Below are positions 10,062-20,347 of a DNA stretch of 64,000 bases, piece by piece. Under the pieces are notes generated by a model. The model did not search any database and had not been told where the DNA came from. It worked only from the letters and a program-made list of their open reading frames with translations. The stretch lies in NCBI GenBank assembly GCA_965215605.1, contig OZ244070.1, forward strand, positions 2,176,001 through 2,240,000, given 5' to 3'. Source of the DNA: an uncultured Candidatus Binatia bacterium (GTDB taxonomy: Bacteria > Desulfobacterota > Binatia > UBA9968 > JAJDTQ01). How positions within the stretch are numbered: the stretch's first letter is position 1; the number at the start of each line of letters is the position of its first letter. Position numbers and translations under genes: made by a program.

Positions 10062-11222
10062 TCACGCGTCCAGGCGGGGCCGTGTGAGGACAGGCCAGTA
10101 GGCGACGAGGAAGACGGCAAAAGCCCCGGACCAGAGGAGCGCCGCGGCGTCGATGGCAAGTGCGCCCGCCTCCGGGCCGACCAAGGTGCCCAGGACCCGA
10201 AACGCGGCGGCCAGGTGCACCAGCACGAAGGCCGCCGTGTCCGCGGGTCCTGCCTCCAGCTCCCGGCCGGTGTGGCCCCGTGCGCTCCGCGTCATCATCC
10301 CCAGCATCAGCCCGCCCATGACGCCCACGCCAAACGCGTGCAGGGACGATGCCGCCGGAATCTCCGCGCCGGCGAGCCAGAGAGCGCGCAGGGCCAGGGA
10401 GACCACGAGCCAGCCGTAGGACAACGGCAGCACCCAGAGCAACGGCTTTCGGAAAGTTGAGAAAGGGTCCCAAAGCCAGAGCCTGATCCCATGGGCAACC
10501 GCGCCGGCGGCCGCCACCGCCGCCAGCCATGGACCGCCGGGTCCGGCGACGGCGAGCACCCCGAGGGAGGCGAAGGCGGCGAGGTCCACCCATCGGTTGC
10601 TCCGGGGACGCGCCGAGGGTACCGCGTTGGCCGTGAAGGCGGGGATCACCCGGCCGGCCATCAACGCGACCATCAGCGCGAACAGATCCAGGGCCAGCCG
10701 TGCGGCTCCGTTCGTCCGCGGCAGCGCCCACAGAGCGGCGTACTCGAGGTGGAACAGCAGATTGGCCGCCGCCAGCAGGATCACCACGGCGACCACCTTG
10801 AGGTTACGCCAGTTGCGGGCCTTGACCACCGGCACGGCCACGGCGAGCGCGAGACAGGGGAGGAACAGGCAGTCCACGGCCGCGGCCGCAAGCGCCGGTC
10901 CGGTGCCCGCCAGCACCCGGCCCGCCGCCCAGAGGCCGGCCAGGGCCGCCAGGCTCGCCCCCGTGGGCATGGCTCGACCGGTCCAGGTCCGCGCGGCCGT
11001 CAACAGGAAGCCTGCCAGCACCGCGGCGGCGAAGCCGAACACCATCTCGTGGGCGTGCCACGCCGTGCCCGCGAGATAGCCGGGGCCGGGTAGCGGAAGA
11101 TCGGCCCCGAACCGCCACAACGGCACCGCCGTCGCCGCGAAGGCCGCCGCCAGCAGGTAGAAAGGTCGAAAGCCCATGTGGAGCACGGGCCATGAACGCG
11201 TCTCTTCGGGCATCGTCTTCAT
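10062..11222 (-). CDS. nnrS: NnrS family membrane protein
   Basis: Motifs GFRPFYLLAA, WHAHEMVFGF, GRVIPAFT and RSARGHTGR. Confidence 0.9.
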   Translation of the reverse strand: MKTMPEETRSWPVLHMGFRPFYLLAAAFAATAVPLWRFGADLPLPGPGYLAGTAWHAHEMVFGFAAAVLAGFLLTAARTWTGRAMPTGASLAALAGLWAAGRVLAGTGPALAAAAVDCLFLPCLALAVAVPVVKARNWRNLKVVAVVILLAAANLLFHLEYAALWALPRTNGAARLALDLFALMVALMAGRVIPAFTANAVPSARPRSNRWVDLAAFASLGVLAVAGPGGPWLAAVAAAGAVAHGIRLWLWDPFSTFRKPLLWVLPLSYGWLVVSLALRALWLAGAEIPAASSLHAFGVGVMGGLMLGMMTRSARGHTGRELEAGPADTAAFVLVHLAAAFRVLGTLVGPEAGALAIDAAALLWSGAFAVFLVAYWPVLTRPRLDA

Positions 11223-11317
11223 CGCTGCAGGCGACAAGATTTCCTGCGCATCTTCGTCAACGTACTTGCGGAACGTAACACTCGGGCCCTCTCAACCAGG
11301 CGATCCGTCGGGGCGGC

Positions 11318-11779
11318 TCACAGCAGCGGCAGGATGGCGCCGAACAGCACGCCCTCGAACAGCGTCCGGTGCAGCACGAGCTCCAGGCTGACGTACACCA
11401 GCGCCCACACCGACACGGCCGCCACGACGCACCGCTGCCAGGACAGTTTGGCGAAGCTGCGCAGGAACAGGACCATGTAGATGGGGATGGTGAGCTGGAA
11501 GCCGATGAGGAAAACCAGCACGCAGAAGACCGCCAGCCAGGCCACGACGGGGGCGGCCTTGGACCAGGGCGCCACCTCCACGGTGTCGTCCGGGGCCGCC
11601 CGCGGGGAGAGCGACTCGCGTCCCAGGCAGAACAGGATGAACGCGAGCGTGGGGATGCCCAGAACCAGCGGCACAAGCCCGCCCTGTCCCTCGAAGCCGA
11701 AGGAGGGGATGACCACCACCAGCACCACCGCGAGGTAGAGCAGGTTCACGATCACGTAGCTGTAGTTCACGCGCTTCAT
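11318..11779 (-). CDS. tctB: Tripartite tricarboxylate transporter small subunit, TctB family
   Basis: Small protein with 4-5 TM helices directly downstream of tctA. Confidence 0.75.
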   Translation of the reverse strand: MKRVNYSYVIVNLLYLAVVLVVVIPSFGFEGQGGLVPLVLGIPTLAFILFCLGRESLSPRAAPDDTVEVAPWSKAAPVVAWLAVFCVLVFLIGFQLTIPIYMVLFLRSFAKLSWQRCVVAAVSVWALVYVSLELVLHRTLFEGVLFGAILPLL

Positions 11780-11789
11780 GGCATGACCG

Positions 11790-13259
11790 TCAGCGGGTGC
11801 GCATCCGCGCAAAGAGCGGGACTGCCACCATGGTCACGATGAGGATCCAGGAGATCACGCTGTCGAAGAAGCCCAGATAGCTGCCGTCGTGGATGCGCAC
11901 CGTCAGCAGGAACGAGTTCTCCGCCAGATTCCCCAGCACGAACCCGATGACCAGCGGCAGCACCGGCACGCCCGCGCGCCGCATGCCGAAGCCGAGGATT
12001 CCCAGCAGCACCACCAGCACCACGTCCCAGATGTTTTCCCGCAGGATGTAGGTGCCCGACAGGGAGACCACCGCGATGATGGCGGACAGGTAATACACCG
12101 GCACCCGGGTGATGATGGCCAGGTAGCGCGCGGCCAGCAGGCCGAAGATGCTGGCGAAGGCGTTGGACACGACGTAGCCGTTGAGCAGGGTCCAGATGAA
12201 GATGGGCTTGTCGAGGATCAACTGCGGCCCGGGGGTGACCCCGTGCATGATGAAGATGCTCAGCAGCAAGGCCATGGCCAGGCTTCCGGGAATGCCGAAG
12301 CTCAGGGTGGTCAGCAGCGCGCCGCCGTCCTTGGAGTCGTTGGCCGCCTCGCTGGCGATGACGCCCTCGGGATGGCCCTTGCCGAAGGAGCCCGGGTCCT
12401 TGGACGACTGCACGGCCACGGTGTAGGCGATGAGGTTGGCGGTCTCGCCGCCCACCCCGGGAATGATCCCCACCAGCGTGCCGATGGACGAGCTACGCAA
12501 CAGGCAGACCACGTAGCGGAAGTTCTCCATCACGCCCTGCCATGCGCCCCGGATGCTGGCCTGGATGTTGTCTCGGGCGATGGTGCCGCCCTGGGCCGAG
12601 TAGTTGATGAGCTCGCCGATGGCGAACAGCCCCACGAAGAACGGGATCAGCGGGATGCCGTCCCACAGGTACTCGCTGCCCATGGTGTAGCGGATGAGGC
12701 CCGTGGGCTCGTTGAGACCCACCAGGGACAGCAGGATGCCGACCCCGCCGGCGATGAGCCCGTTCAACAGCGATCCCTGGCTCACCGTGGCGGTCGTGAC
12801 CAGCCCGAACACCACCAGCCAGAAGATCTCCGGGTGGCCGAAGGCGATCACCAGCGGGCGCATGACCTGGATCAGCAGGGCCAGGATCACGAGCCCGAAC
12901 AGCGCGCCCAGGAGACACGCCCCGGCCGACAGTCCCAGCGCCCGCGCCGCCTCGCCGCGTTGGGCCATGGGGTAACCGTCGAAGCAGGTGGCGGCGTTCA
13001 CCGGGGTGCCCGGCGTGTTGAGCAGGATGGCGCTGACGGAGCCGCCGAAGGAACTGGCCCCCATGATGCCCGAGAACAGGTAGACCGCGGTGATGGCGTC
13101 CCAGGTGAAGGTGAACGGCAGCAGCATGGACATGGCGAGGATGCCGCCCAGGCCCGGGACCGCGCCGAAGATGAGTCCGATGACGCTGCCGACGAACAGC
13201 GTCAGAAGGACGTGCGGCTCGGCGATGGTGACCAGCGCGCCGCCGAATCCTTCAAACAT
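11790..13259 (-). CDS. tctA: Tripartite tricarboxylate transporter permease TctA
   Basis: Motifs GAVPGLGG, ILLNTPGTP, DGYPMA, SEAANDS and FGIPGS. Confidence 0.92.
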   Translation of the reverse strand: MFEGFGGALVTIAEPHVLLTLFVGSVIGLIFGAVPGLGGILAMSMLLPFTFTWDAITAVYLFSGIMGASSFGGSVSAILLNTPGTPVNAATCFDGYPMAQRGEAARALGLSAGACLLGALFGLVILALLIQVMRPLVIAFGHPEIFWLVVFGLVTTATVSQGSLLNGLIAGGVGILLSLVGLNEPTGLIRYTMGSEYLWDGIPLIPFFVGLFAIGELINYSAQGGTIARDNIQASIRGAWQGVMENFRYVVCLLRSSSIGTLVGIIPGVGGETANLIAYTVAVQSSKDPGSFGKGHPEGVIASEAANDSKDGGALLTTLSFGIPGSLAMALLLSIFIMHGVTPGPQLILDKPIFIWTLLNGYVVSNAFASIFGLLAARYLAIITRVPVYYLSAIIAVVSLSGTYILRENIWDVVLVVLLGILGFGMRRAGVPVLPLVIGFVLGNLAENSFLLTVRIHDGSYLGFFDSVISWILIVTMVAVPLFARMRTR

Positions 13260-13298
13260 GAACGCCCGTTTCCTGTTTCGCGGGACCGCGGAGAGCCC

Positions 13299-13327
13299 GA
13301 CACGGTCCCGGGAGGCGGGACCGTGTC
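13299..13327. terminator. Perfect 12-bp stem hairpin between tctC and tctA (terminator or mRNA stabiliser)
   Basis: GACACGGTCCCG-ggagg-CGGGACCGTGTC. Confidence 0.55.
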
Positions 13328-13346
13328 AGGTCACCAGGGGCAAGGG

Positions 13347-14345
13347 TCACTTGATGTACTTCTTGAGCAGCGGGGTATTGTCCCCCACCAGGGCGATCAT
13401 GTCGGCGATGAGCTTGGTGGTGTCCTGCTTGCTCAACGGCGCTACGATGTTGCCGTTGGCCTCGATCCTTTCCTTCAGCGCTGCATCGTTGTTGACCTTG
13501 ACCAGGGCCGCCTCCACCACGGACGCGATGTTGTCGGGGGTCTTGGGCGGCAGCGCGTAGAGGTTCTGCCCCACCAGCGAAGCCGATCCCAGCGCCGGGA
13601 ACCCCTGTTCTACGCCGGTCGGGATGTCGGGGAACTTGGGGTGCCGTTTCGGCAGGTAGACGACGACGGCCTTGGCCTCGCCGGACTGGACCGCGGTGGT
13701 CCAGCGCTTGGTCAGCGGCAGGTTCGTGATGGTGATGTCGCCGCGGATGATGCCGGTGATCAGCTCGGGACCCTTGAAGCCGGCGATGAACTCCACCGGG
13801 AAGCCCACCAGGTTGGCGGTGATGACGGAGATGGGGAACGTGTTGCCGCCGGTTCCGGTGATGCCCGCCTTGATGGGCTTCTTGGCGGTCTTCATCTGCT
13901 TGAGCGACGTCCACTGGTCCTTGCCCTTCCGGGTGGTGGCCTGCATGAAATACGGGTTGGATACTTGGCGCCCGATCCAGGTGAAGCTCCGCAGGTCGGG
14001 CTTCATCCCCCGCGCGACCTGGTTGACGGCTTGTCCGGGCAGGTTGATGGCGGCCATGGTGTAGCCGTCCGGCTTGGACCGGTTCAGGATGGTGACGGAG
14101 TTCCTGCCCCCGGCGCCCGGCACGTTGCGGATGATCACGGGGACTCCCAGCAATTTCGACATGACCTCGCCCTGGAGCCGCGCGGCGGTATCCATGGCGC
14201 CGCCTACCGAGAAGCCCACCAGGATGGTGATGGGTTTGCTGGGCTTCCACGGGTCCGCGGCGGTTGCCGGCGTCGCCGCCAGCGCCAGCGCCCCGGCCGC
14301 CAGCGCGACCAGGCACGCGTTGCTCAACGTCTTCGGAATTCGCAT
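13347..14345 (-). CDS. tctC: TTT substrate-binding protein (TctC/Bug family)
   Basis: Signal peptide plus PSKPITILVGFSVGGAMD, NVPGAGG and KPDGYT. Confidence 0.9.
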   Translation of the reverse strand: MRIPKTLSNACLVALAAGALALAATPATAADPWKPSKPITILVGFSVGGAMDTAARLQGEVMSKLLGVPVIIRNVPGAGGRNSVTILNRSKPDGYTMAAINLPGQAVNQVARGMKPDLRSFTWIGRQVSNPYFMQATTRKGKDQWTSLKQMKTAKKPIKAGITGTGGNTFPISVITANLVGFPVEFIAGFKGPELITGIIRGDITITNLPLTKRWTTAVQSGEAKAVVVYLPKRHPKFPDIPTGVEQGFPALGSASLVGQNLYALPPKTPDNIASVVEAALVKVNNDAALKERIEANGNIVAPLSKQDTTKLIADMIALVGDNTPLLKKYIK

Positions 14346-14456
14346 TACGGGCTCCTTTCGATTTGAGGGGAAACCTTTTCAGGACGCGTGTTTCGCCACG
14401 CGTGGCCGATTCTTGCACTCCTTCAACCCCCGGTCAAGAAGTCGTCCGGGGAGGCT

Positions 14457-15869
14457 CTACCGCAGCAGCGAGGGGTCGAAGGGCTTCAGCAGCCCGTCCA
14501 GGCTGACCTCCCGCACCTTGTCCCGGGGCGGCCGCGCCCGCTGCGGGTACTGCACCGGCGGCGCCGGTTTGGTGGCGTCCAGGATCATGACCGCGCCCAT
14601 GACGGGCTCGTGGGCGCCGTCCACCCGGTAGTTCCAGTTGGAAGGCAGCAGGTCGCCCGGCCCGTTCCAGTCCGGGATCGTGAGCACGTCCTCGTCCGGC
14701 CGCATGCGGGTCCCCACCGCCCAGGTCACCTCCGGCTCGTTGAACACGTTGATGTCGTCGTCCACCACCACCACGCAGCGGAGGTTCTCGGGCTCGGTGG
14801 AGATGGCGGCCAGCGCCGCGCGCTTGACCTCCGAGTCCTTGGTCTTGCGGATGGAGATGTAGCAGTGGGTGCGGGCGTGGGCCGGCACGTTGACGTTGAC
14901 CACGCCGGGAACGGCTTCCCGGACCCGCCGGTAGATGGTGCCCATGCGCGGCAGGCTGCCCAGTACCAGGTGCTCCTGGCCCGCGGGAAAGACGTCGTAG
15001 TAGATGGGGTTCCGGCGCATGGTCATGGCCTGCACGTGCATCACCGGCTGGGCCCCCATGCTGACGTAGTAGCCGGTCCACTCGCCGAAGGGGCCTTCGA
15101 GCCGGGTCTCGTCCGGCAGCAGCCGCCCCTCGATGACGATCTCCGCGTGGGCCGGTACCATGAGGTCCACGGTCTCCGCCTTGACCAGTTCGATGGGTTC
15201 CTGCAAGAGCGCGCCGGCCTCGGCGAACTCCCCGCCGATGCCCGGCAGCCGCGACACCGCCCCGAGCATGAAGGTGGGGTAGTGGCCGACCACCAGGGCG
15301 AACTCCGTGGGCTCGCCGCGCTCCGAGTTCCGCCGGTAGATGTAGCCGCCGTGATGGCTGCCCTGGATATAGACGCCGAGGGTGCGGGGGTCGTGGACCT
15401 GGTGGCGGTAGAGGCCGGCGTTCTGGGCGCCGGTGTCGGGATCCCTGACGATCATGACGCCGCCGGTGATGTAGGGCCCGGCGTCGAGCTCGTTGTGGAA
15501 CGGGATCGGCAGGGCCGACAGGTCCGCCGCGTCGCCCTTGAGTACGACTTCCTTCACCGGGCCGTCGGCGACCGTTTCCGCCTGGATGGGCTTCGCCTGG
15601 CGTTCGCCGTACACCCGGGCCATGTCCGCCACGCCGGTGTCCAGGGCCAGCGCCAGCCGCTCGTAGGTGGCCGTGAGGTTGATGACCAGCGGCACGGACG
15701 AGCCTTCCACGTCGGTGAAGATCAGAGCGGGGAACCGGCCGTCCTCGGCCAGCCGCTCGGCGATGGCGGTGATGTCGAATCCGCGGTCCACCCGGCGAGT
15801 GACCAGCTTGATCTGGTCCGGCGCCGATGCCGCAAGTTGCTCGATGAACGCGCGCAGGTCCTTGGCCAT
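14457..15869 (-). CDS. UbiD family (prFMN-dependent) decarboxylase
   Basis: Motifs DLRAFI, DAGPYIT, AEIVIEG, EGPFGEWTGY and VVVDDDI. Confidence 0.9.
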   Translation of the reverse strand: MAKDLRAFIEQLAASAPDQIKLVTRRVDRGFDITAIAERLAEDGRFPALIFTDVEGSSVPLVINLTATYERLALALDTGVADMARVYGERQAKPIQAETVADGPVKEVVLKGDAADLSALPIPFHNELDAGPYITGGVMIVRDPDTGAQNAGLYRHQVHDPRTLGVYIQGSHHGGYIYRRNSERGEPTEFALVVGHYPTFMLGAVSRLPGIGGEFAEAGALLQEPIELVKAETVDLMVPAHAEIVIEGRLLPDETRLEGPFGEWTGYYVSMGAQPVMHVQAMTMRRNPIYYDVFPAGQEHLVLGSLPRMGTIYRRVREAVPGVVNVNVPAHARTHCYISIRKTKDSEVKRAALAAISTEPENLRCVVVVDDDINVFNEPEVTWAVGTRMRPDEDVLTIPDWNGPGDLLPSNWNYRVDGAHEPVMGAVMILDATKPAPPVQYPQRARPPRDKVREVSLDGLLKPFDPSLLR

Positions 15870-15997
15870 GGTATCCGTCCTCTTCAGGCCGTCTGAAGGC
15901 CCTTGGCCCCATCCATATCACACTCCCGCGGCCGGAACGATGGTCCTTGAAATCACGCCGCCTATGGCATAGACGATAAGGTTTCGAGAGACCTGCC

Positions 15998-16999
15998 ATG
16001 GGAACCTATCTGCTGCGCCGCCTCGTCGGGACGATCCCGGTCATGATCCTGATCAGCCTGCTCGTCTTCCTGCTGATCCAGGCGGCTCCCGGCGACCCCA
16101 CGCTCATGCTGCTGGGCGAGGACAGTACCCAGGAGGATATCGATCAGGCCACGAAACGGTGGGGCCTCGACCAGCCCGTCTACGTCCAGTACGTCAAGTT
16201 CTTCATGTCCGCGGCCCAGGGCGACCTCGGCCGCTCGTTCAAGTACGACGAGCCGGTGCTGGACGTGATCGTCAACCGGATCCCGGCGACGCTGGAGCTG
16301 GCCAGCGCCTCGGTCATCATCGCGATCATCTTTGCCATACCGCTGGGGGTGTGGGCCGCGGCCAAGCCCAACTCGTGGGTGGACAATACCGGCACGACCT
16401 TCGGCCTGTTCGGCATCAGCATGCCCAGTTTCTGGTTCGGCATCATGCTGATCCTGTTGTTCGCCGGGATACTCAACATCCTCCCGTCCGCGGGACGGGA
16501 TACCTACGGCATCGCGGGTGAGCGCATTACCGGGTTCTACATTCTCGACAGCGCCCTCCAGGGCAACTGGGCCGGAGTGCGCGACGGCGCGGAACACGTG
16601 TTCCTGCCGGCGCTGGCGCTGGGCTCCAACATGCTCGGGATCCTCATGCGGGTGACCCGGTCGTCGGTGCTGGAGGTGATGAACGAGGAATACGTGACCA
16701 CCGCCCGGGCCAAGGGCCTGGTGGAGCGCAAGGTGCTGTGGCGCCACGTGTTCAGCAATGCGCTGATCCCGGTGATCACCGTGGTGGGGCTGGAGCTCGG
16801 CACGCTGCTCAGCGGCTCGATCATCGTGGAGACGGTCTTCTCCTGGCCCGGCAGCGGCAGCCTGCTGATCACCGCCCTCAACGCCCGGGACCACCCGCTG
16901 GTGACCGGGCTGGTGCTGGTTTACACGGCGGCGTTCGTCGCCATCAATTTTCTGATCGACGTGCTCTATGCAATCATCGATCCAAGAATCCGGTACTGA
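15998..16999 (+). CDS. Peptide/nickel ABC transporter permease (DppB/OppB-like)
   Basis: Motifs APGDP, GDLGRS, EAA loop EYVTTARAKGL and ETVFSWPG. Confidence 0.9.
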   Translation: MGTYLLRRLVGTIPVMILISLLVFLLIQAAPGDPTLMLLGEDSTQEDIDQATKRWGLDQPVYVQYVKFFMSAAQGDLGRSFKYDEPVLDVIVNRIPATLELASASVIIAIIFAIPLGVWAAAKPNSWVDNTGTTFGLFGISMPSFWFGIMLILLFAGILNILPSAGRDTYGIAGERITGFYILDSALQGNWAGVRDGAEHVFLPALALGSNMLGILMRVTRSSVLEVMNEEYVTTARAKGLVERKVLWRHVFSNALIPVITVVGLELGTLLSGSIIVETVFSWPGSGSLLITALNARDHPLVTGLVLVYTAAFVAINFLIDVLYAIIDPRIRY

Positions 17000-17885
17000 C
17001 ATCGGCCAACCGGAACCTGTTCCCAAGCGGCGCGGACGCCAGTGGTGGCGCCGGTGGATGCGGACCAAGGTCTACATCGGCGGCTCCATCGTGGTGATTT
17101 TCATCATCGCGGGCGCCCTCGGGCCGCTGGTGGCGCCCTACGATCCCAACCACCAAAGCCTCGAGACCATGCTGCAAGGCCCCCAGTGGTTCTGGGGGCC
17201 CCATTTCCTGGGCACCGACAACCTCGGCCGGGACATCCTGAGCCGCATCATCTTCGGCGCCAGGGTCTCTCTGCTGATCGCCTTCGCGGTGGTTTTCATA
17301 TCCGGTTTCGTGGGCGTCATTCTGGGAGCCACCTCCGGCTACTTCGGCGGCAACATCGACTTCACCATCCAGAAGTTCGTGGAGGTGGTGTGGGCCTTCC
17401 CGCCGCTGCTGCTGGCCCTCAGCATCATGGCGTTCCTGGGACAGGGGCTGGGCAACCTCATCCTGGCGCTGGTGGCCCAGCGCTGGATCCAGTACTGCAG
17501 GGTAACGCGCGGGCAGAGCCTGTCCCTCAAGGCCCGGGAGTTCGTCATCTCCGCCAAGTCGCTGGGCGCCAGCGACGCCCAGATCATCGCGCGCCACATC
17601 ATCCCCAACCTGATCCAGGTGTCCCTGGTCATCGGCACCTTCGCCATGGCGTCCTCCATCATCTCCGAAGCCAGCCTGAGTTTCCTGGGCCTGGGCGTGC
17701 CCCCCGAGATCCCCACCTGGGGCACCATGCTCGCCGACGGCCGCATCTACATCAGCACCGCATGGTGGCTGGCGCTCTTTCCCGGCCTGTCCATCTTCGT
17801 GACCGTCCTGGGGATCAACCTGCTGGGCGACGCCCTGCGGGACGTCCTGGACCCGAGGCTCAAGCGGGCGGGAACCGGCATTTGA
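16968..17885 (+). CDS. Peptide/nickel ABC transporter permease (DppC/OppC-like)
   Basis: Motifs LGTDNLGRD, EASLSFLGLG and NLLGDALRDVLDP. Exact start uncertain. Confidence 0.88.
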   Translation: MQSSIQESGTDIGQPEPVPKRRGRQWWRRWMRTKVYIGGSIVVIFIIAGALGPLVAPYDPNHQSLETMLQGPQWFWGPHFLGTDNLGRDILSRIIFGARVSLLIAFAVVFISGFVGVILGATSGYFGGNIDFTIQKFVEVVWAFPPLLLALSIMAFLGQGLGNLILALVAQRWIQYCRVTRGQSLSLKAREFVISAKSLGASDAQIIARHIIPNLIQVSLVIGTFAMASSIISEASLSFLGLGVPPEIPTWGTMLADGRIYISTAWWLALFPGLSIFVTVLGINLLGDALRDVLDPRLKRAGTGI

Positions 17886-18886
17886 CATCCTCGCCGTCAC
17901 GCCTGGGCATGGTGCTGTATCACGGCATCGACAGCGGCGACGAGTTGCGGAACCATGCCCGTGTCGCGGAAGAGGCCGGCTTCGATTCCCTGTGGGTGAC
18001 CGAGCGCTACTTCCACGAGGAAACCTTTTCGCTGCTGGGATTCCTGGCCGCCGCCACCCGGCGCATACGGCTGGGGCTGGGCGTCACCAATCCCTATACG
18101 CGAAACCCCGCGCTGATGGGCATGAGCGCGGCGACCCTGGACCGTATCTCCGGGGGCCGCTTCCTGCTCGGTCTGGGCCGGAGCGACAGGTCGGTGATCG
18201 AGGGCCGCATGGGCATACCCTACGAGCGGCCGCTGGAGCACATGAGGGAAACGGTCGCGCAGTTCAGAGAGCTCCTGGCCGGAGAGCGTGTCAGCGGAGC
18301 CGCCGCCTGTTGGGACCTGAAATCCGTGCGGCTGGCGGTGAAGCCGGTGCAGGAAAGCGTGCCCGTCTACCTGGCCGCCATCGGCCCCAAGGCGTTGCGG
18401 CTGGCGGGGGCGGTGGCCGACGGCGTCCTGCTCAACGCCTACGTCCCCGCGAGCTACGTGCGTTACGCGGTCCAGGAGATCACCGCCGCGGCCCGGGAAG
18501 CCGGCCGCGATCCGGCGTCCATCGACATCGCCTGCATGCTGATCGTGCGTCTCACCGACGATCCCGCGCGGATGATGCCGGCCCTCAAGGAGCGGATGGT
18601 GCGGCTCCTGGTGGAGCCCTTCGTGGGGGAGGTGTTGTTGGAGCGGGGCGGCTTCGATCCGGGAATTCTGCCGTCGCTGCGGGCCACCGCCGAAGATGAC
18701 GGCGAGAAGGCCGCCGTGCACCTGATCACCGAGGCCATGGTGGAGGCGTTCTATCTGCTCGGGGACGCCCGGGAGTGCCGCCGGCGCATCGACGAATACC
18801 GCGAGGCCGGGGTGAACCACCCGCTGCTGCTGCCCCGGCTCGAGGACTACGAGAGCGCCGTCGAGGCCTTGGGGCCCCGCCCGTAG
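17882..18886 (+). CDS. LLM-class flavin/F420-dependent oxidoreductase
   Basis: C-terminal part of the ORF 17042-18886: AEEAGFDSLWVTE, TLDRISGGRFLLGLG, AIGPKALRLAGAVADG. TTG start overlaps the dppC stop. Confidence 0.85.
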   Translation: MTSSPSRLGMVLYHGIDSGDELRNHARVAEEAGFDSLWVTERYFHEETFSLLGFLAAATRRIRLGLGVTNPYTRNPALMGMSAATLDRISGGRFLLGLGRSDRSVIEGRMGIPYERPLEHMRETVAQFRELLAGERVSGAAACWDLKSVRLAVKPVQESVPVYLAAIGPKALRLAGAVADGVLLNAYVPASYVRYAVQEITAAAREAGRDPASIDIACMLIVRLTDDPARMMPALKERMVRLLVEPFVGEVLLERGGFDPGILPSLRATAEDDGEKAAVHLITEAMVEAFYLLGDARECRRRIDEYREAGVNHPLLLPRLEDYESAVEALGPRP

Positions 18887-18951
18887 GGATGGGCCGCCTC
18901 GTCCCCGCGAGATATCATGGGGCAACCATATGACAAGCATTGATCCATCAT

Positions 18952-20271
18952 ATGATAAACACTGACACGCCCCAGCCGCGCCCTCGCAAACCGCTCAACG
19001 TTCGGTTCTTCTACGGCTGGGTCGTGGTGGCGACGACCTTCACGGCATCGCTTTTGGCCGCGGGCATCCGCGCCGCGCCGCAGACCTTCGTGCGGCCGCT
19101 GGAAGCGGACTTCGGCTGGAGCCGCGGAGCGATCAACGCGGCGGTGTCCATTAACCTGGTGCTTTATGGCGCCATCGGTCCCATCGCCGGGCGCTTCCAG
19201 GACCGCAAGGGGCCGCGGGTGGTGATGCTCATCGCGCTGACGCTGTTGGCGGTGGGGGCGGGGGCCACCGCGTTCATCAACGAACTATGGGAGTTCCTGC
19301 TGGTGTGGGGCCTGATCGTCGGCAGCGGCGCGGGCGGCATTTCGTCGGTGCTGGCGGCCAGCGTCGCCCACCGCTGGTTCGTGCGCCATCGCGGGGTGGT
19401 GCTGGGCCTGCTGAACAGCGCCGGCTCCACCGGACAGCTCATCTTCATCCCGGTGGTGCTGAGCCTGATCGTGGCATGGGGCTGGCGCGTGGCGGCCATG
19501 GCGCTCTCGGGTGTGGCGGTGGTGGCGTTCCTGCTGGTGTGGTGGTTCATGCGCAACGATCCCGCGGAGGTGGGGGAGGAGGCGCTGGGCGAGTCGGAGG
19601 CCAACGCGGCCGCGGCCGCGGCCGCGAAACCGGGCGGCGCGGCGCCGGTGACCAGCACCACGGTGCGGGACGCGATCCGGACGCGCACCTTCTGGCTCCT
19701 GGCGGGCGCCTACGCCATCTGCGGCGGCACCTCCAACGGCCTCATCGGGGCGAACATGATCCCGCACGCCCTGGACATCGGCATCAGCCACCAGGTGGCC
19801 AGCATCACCGTGGGGATCATGGCCGGGCTGAACTTCGTCGGCACCATGGGGGCCGGGTGGCTCTGCGACCGCATGGACCCGCGCAAGGTATTGGCGGGGA
19901 TCTACGCGTTGCGGGCGGTCGCGCTGTTCATCCTGCCGTCGGTCACCGGCCCCGCCGGCATGTTCGTCTTCGCGGTGATCTACGGCCTGGACTGGTTCGC
20001 GACGGTGCCGCCGGTGGTGGCCATCGCCGGCAACACCTTCGGCAAGAACTCGGTGGGCAGCATCTACGGCCTGATCTTCCTGGCGCACCAACTCGGCGGC
20101 GCCGCCATGGCCCAGGGCAGCGGCATCGCCTACGATGTGTTCGGCGACTATGGCCCGTCCTTCCTCACCGGCGGGGTGCTGGCGTTGCTGGCCGTGCTCA
20201 TGTCGATGGCTATTTCCAAGGACCCGCCGGTCCGGCTGGCGCCGCCGCAGCCCGGATTGGCGGCCACCTGA
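18952..20271 (+). CDS. MFS transporter
   Basis: 12-TM pattern with FFYGWVVV, HRWFVRHRG and YGLDWFATVPP. Confidence 0.9.
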   Translation: MINTDTPQPRPRKPLNVRFFYGWVVVATTFTASLLAAGIRAAPQTFVRPLEADFGWSRGAINAAVSINLVLYGAIGPIAGRFQDRKGPRVVMLIALTLLAVGAGATAFINELWEFLLVWGLIVGSGAGGISSVLAASVAHRWFVRHRGVVLGLLNSAGSTGQLIFIPVVLSLIVAWGWRVAAMALSGVAVVAFLLVWWFMRNDPAEVGEEALGESEANAAAAAAAKPGGAAPVTSTTVRDAIRTRTFWLLAGAYAICGGTSNGLIGANMIPHALDIGISHQVASITVGIMAGLNFVGTMGAGWLCDRMDPRKVLAGIYALRAVALFILPSVTGPAGMFVFAVIYGLDWFATVPPVVAIAGNTFGKNSVGSIYGLIFLAHQLGGAAMAQGSGIAYDVFGDYGPSFLTGGVLALLAVLMSMAISKDPPVRLAPPQPGLAAT

Positions 20272-20347
20272 GCCGCGCGCCGGAGCGACGGTCCCACCGG
20301 GCCGTGGCCGGCTCATCATGGTGGACGGGAGCGAATGGAGATGACGC

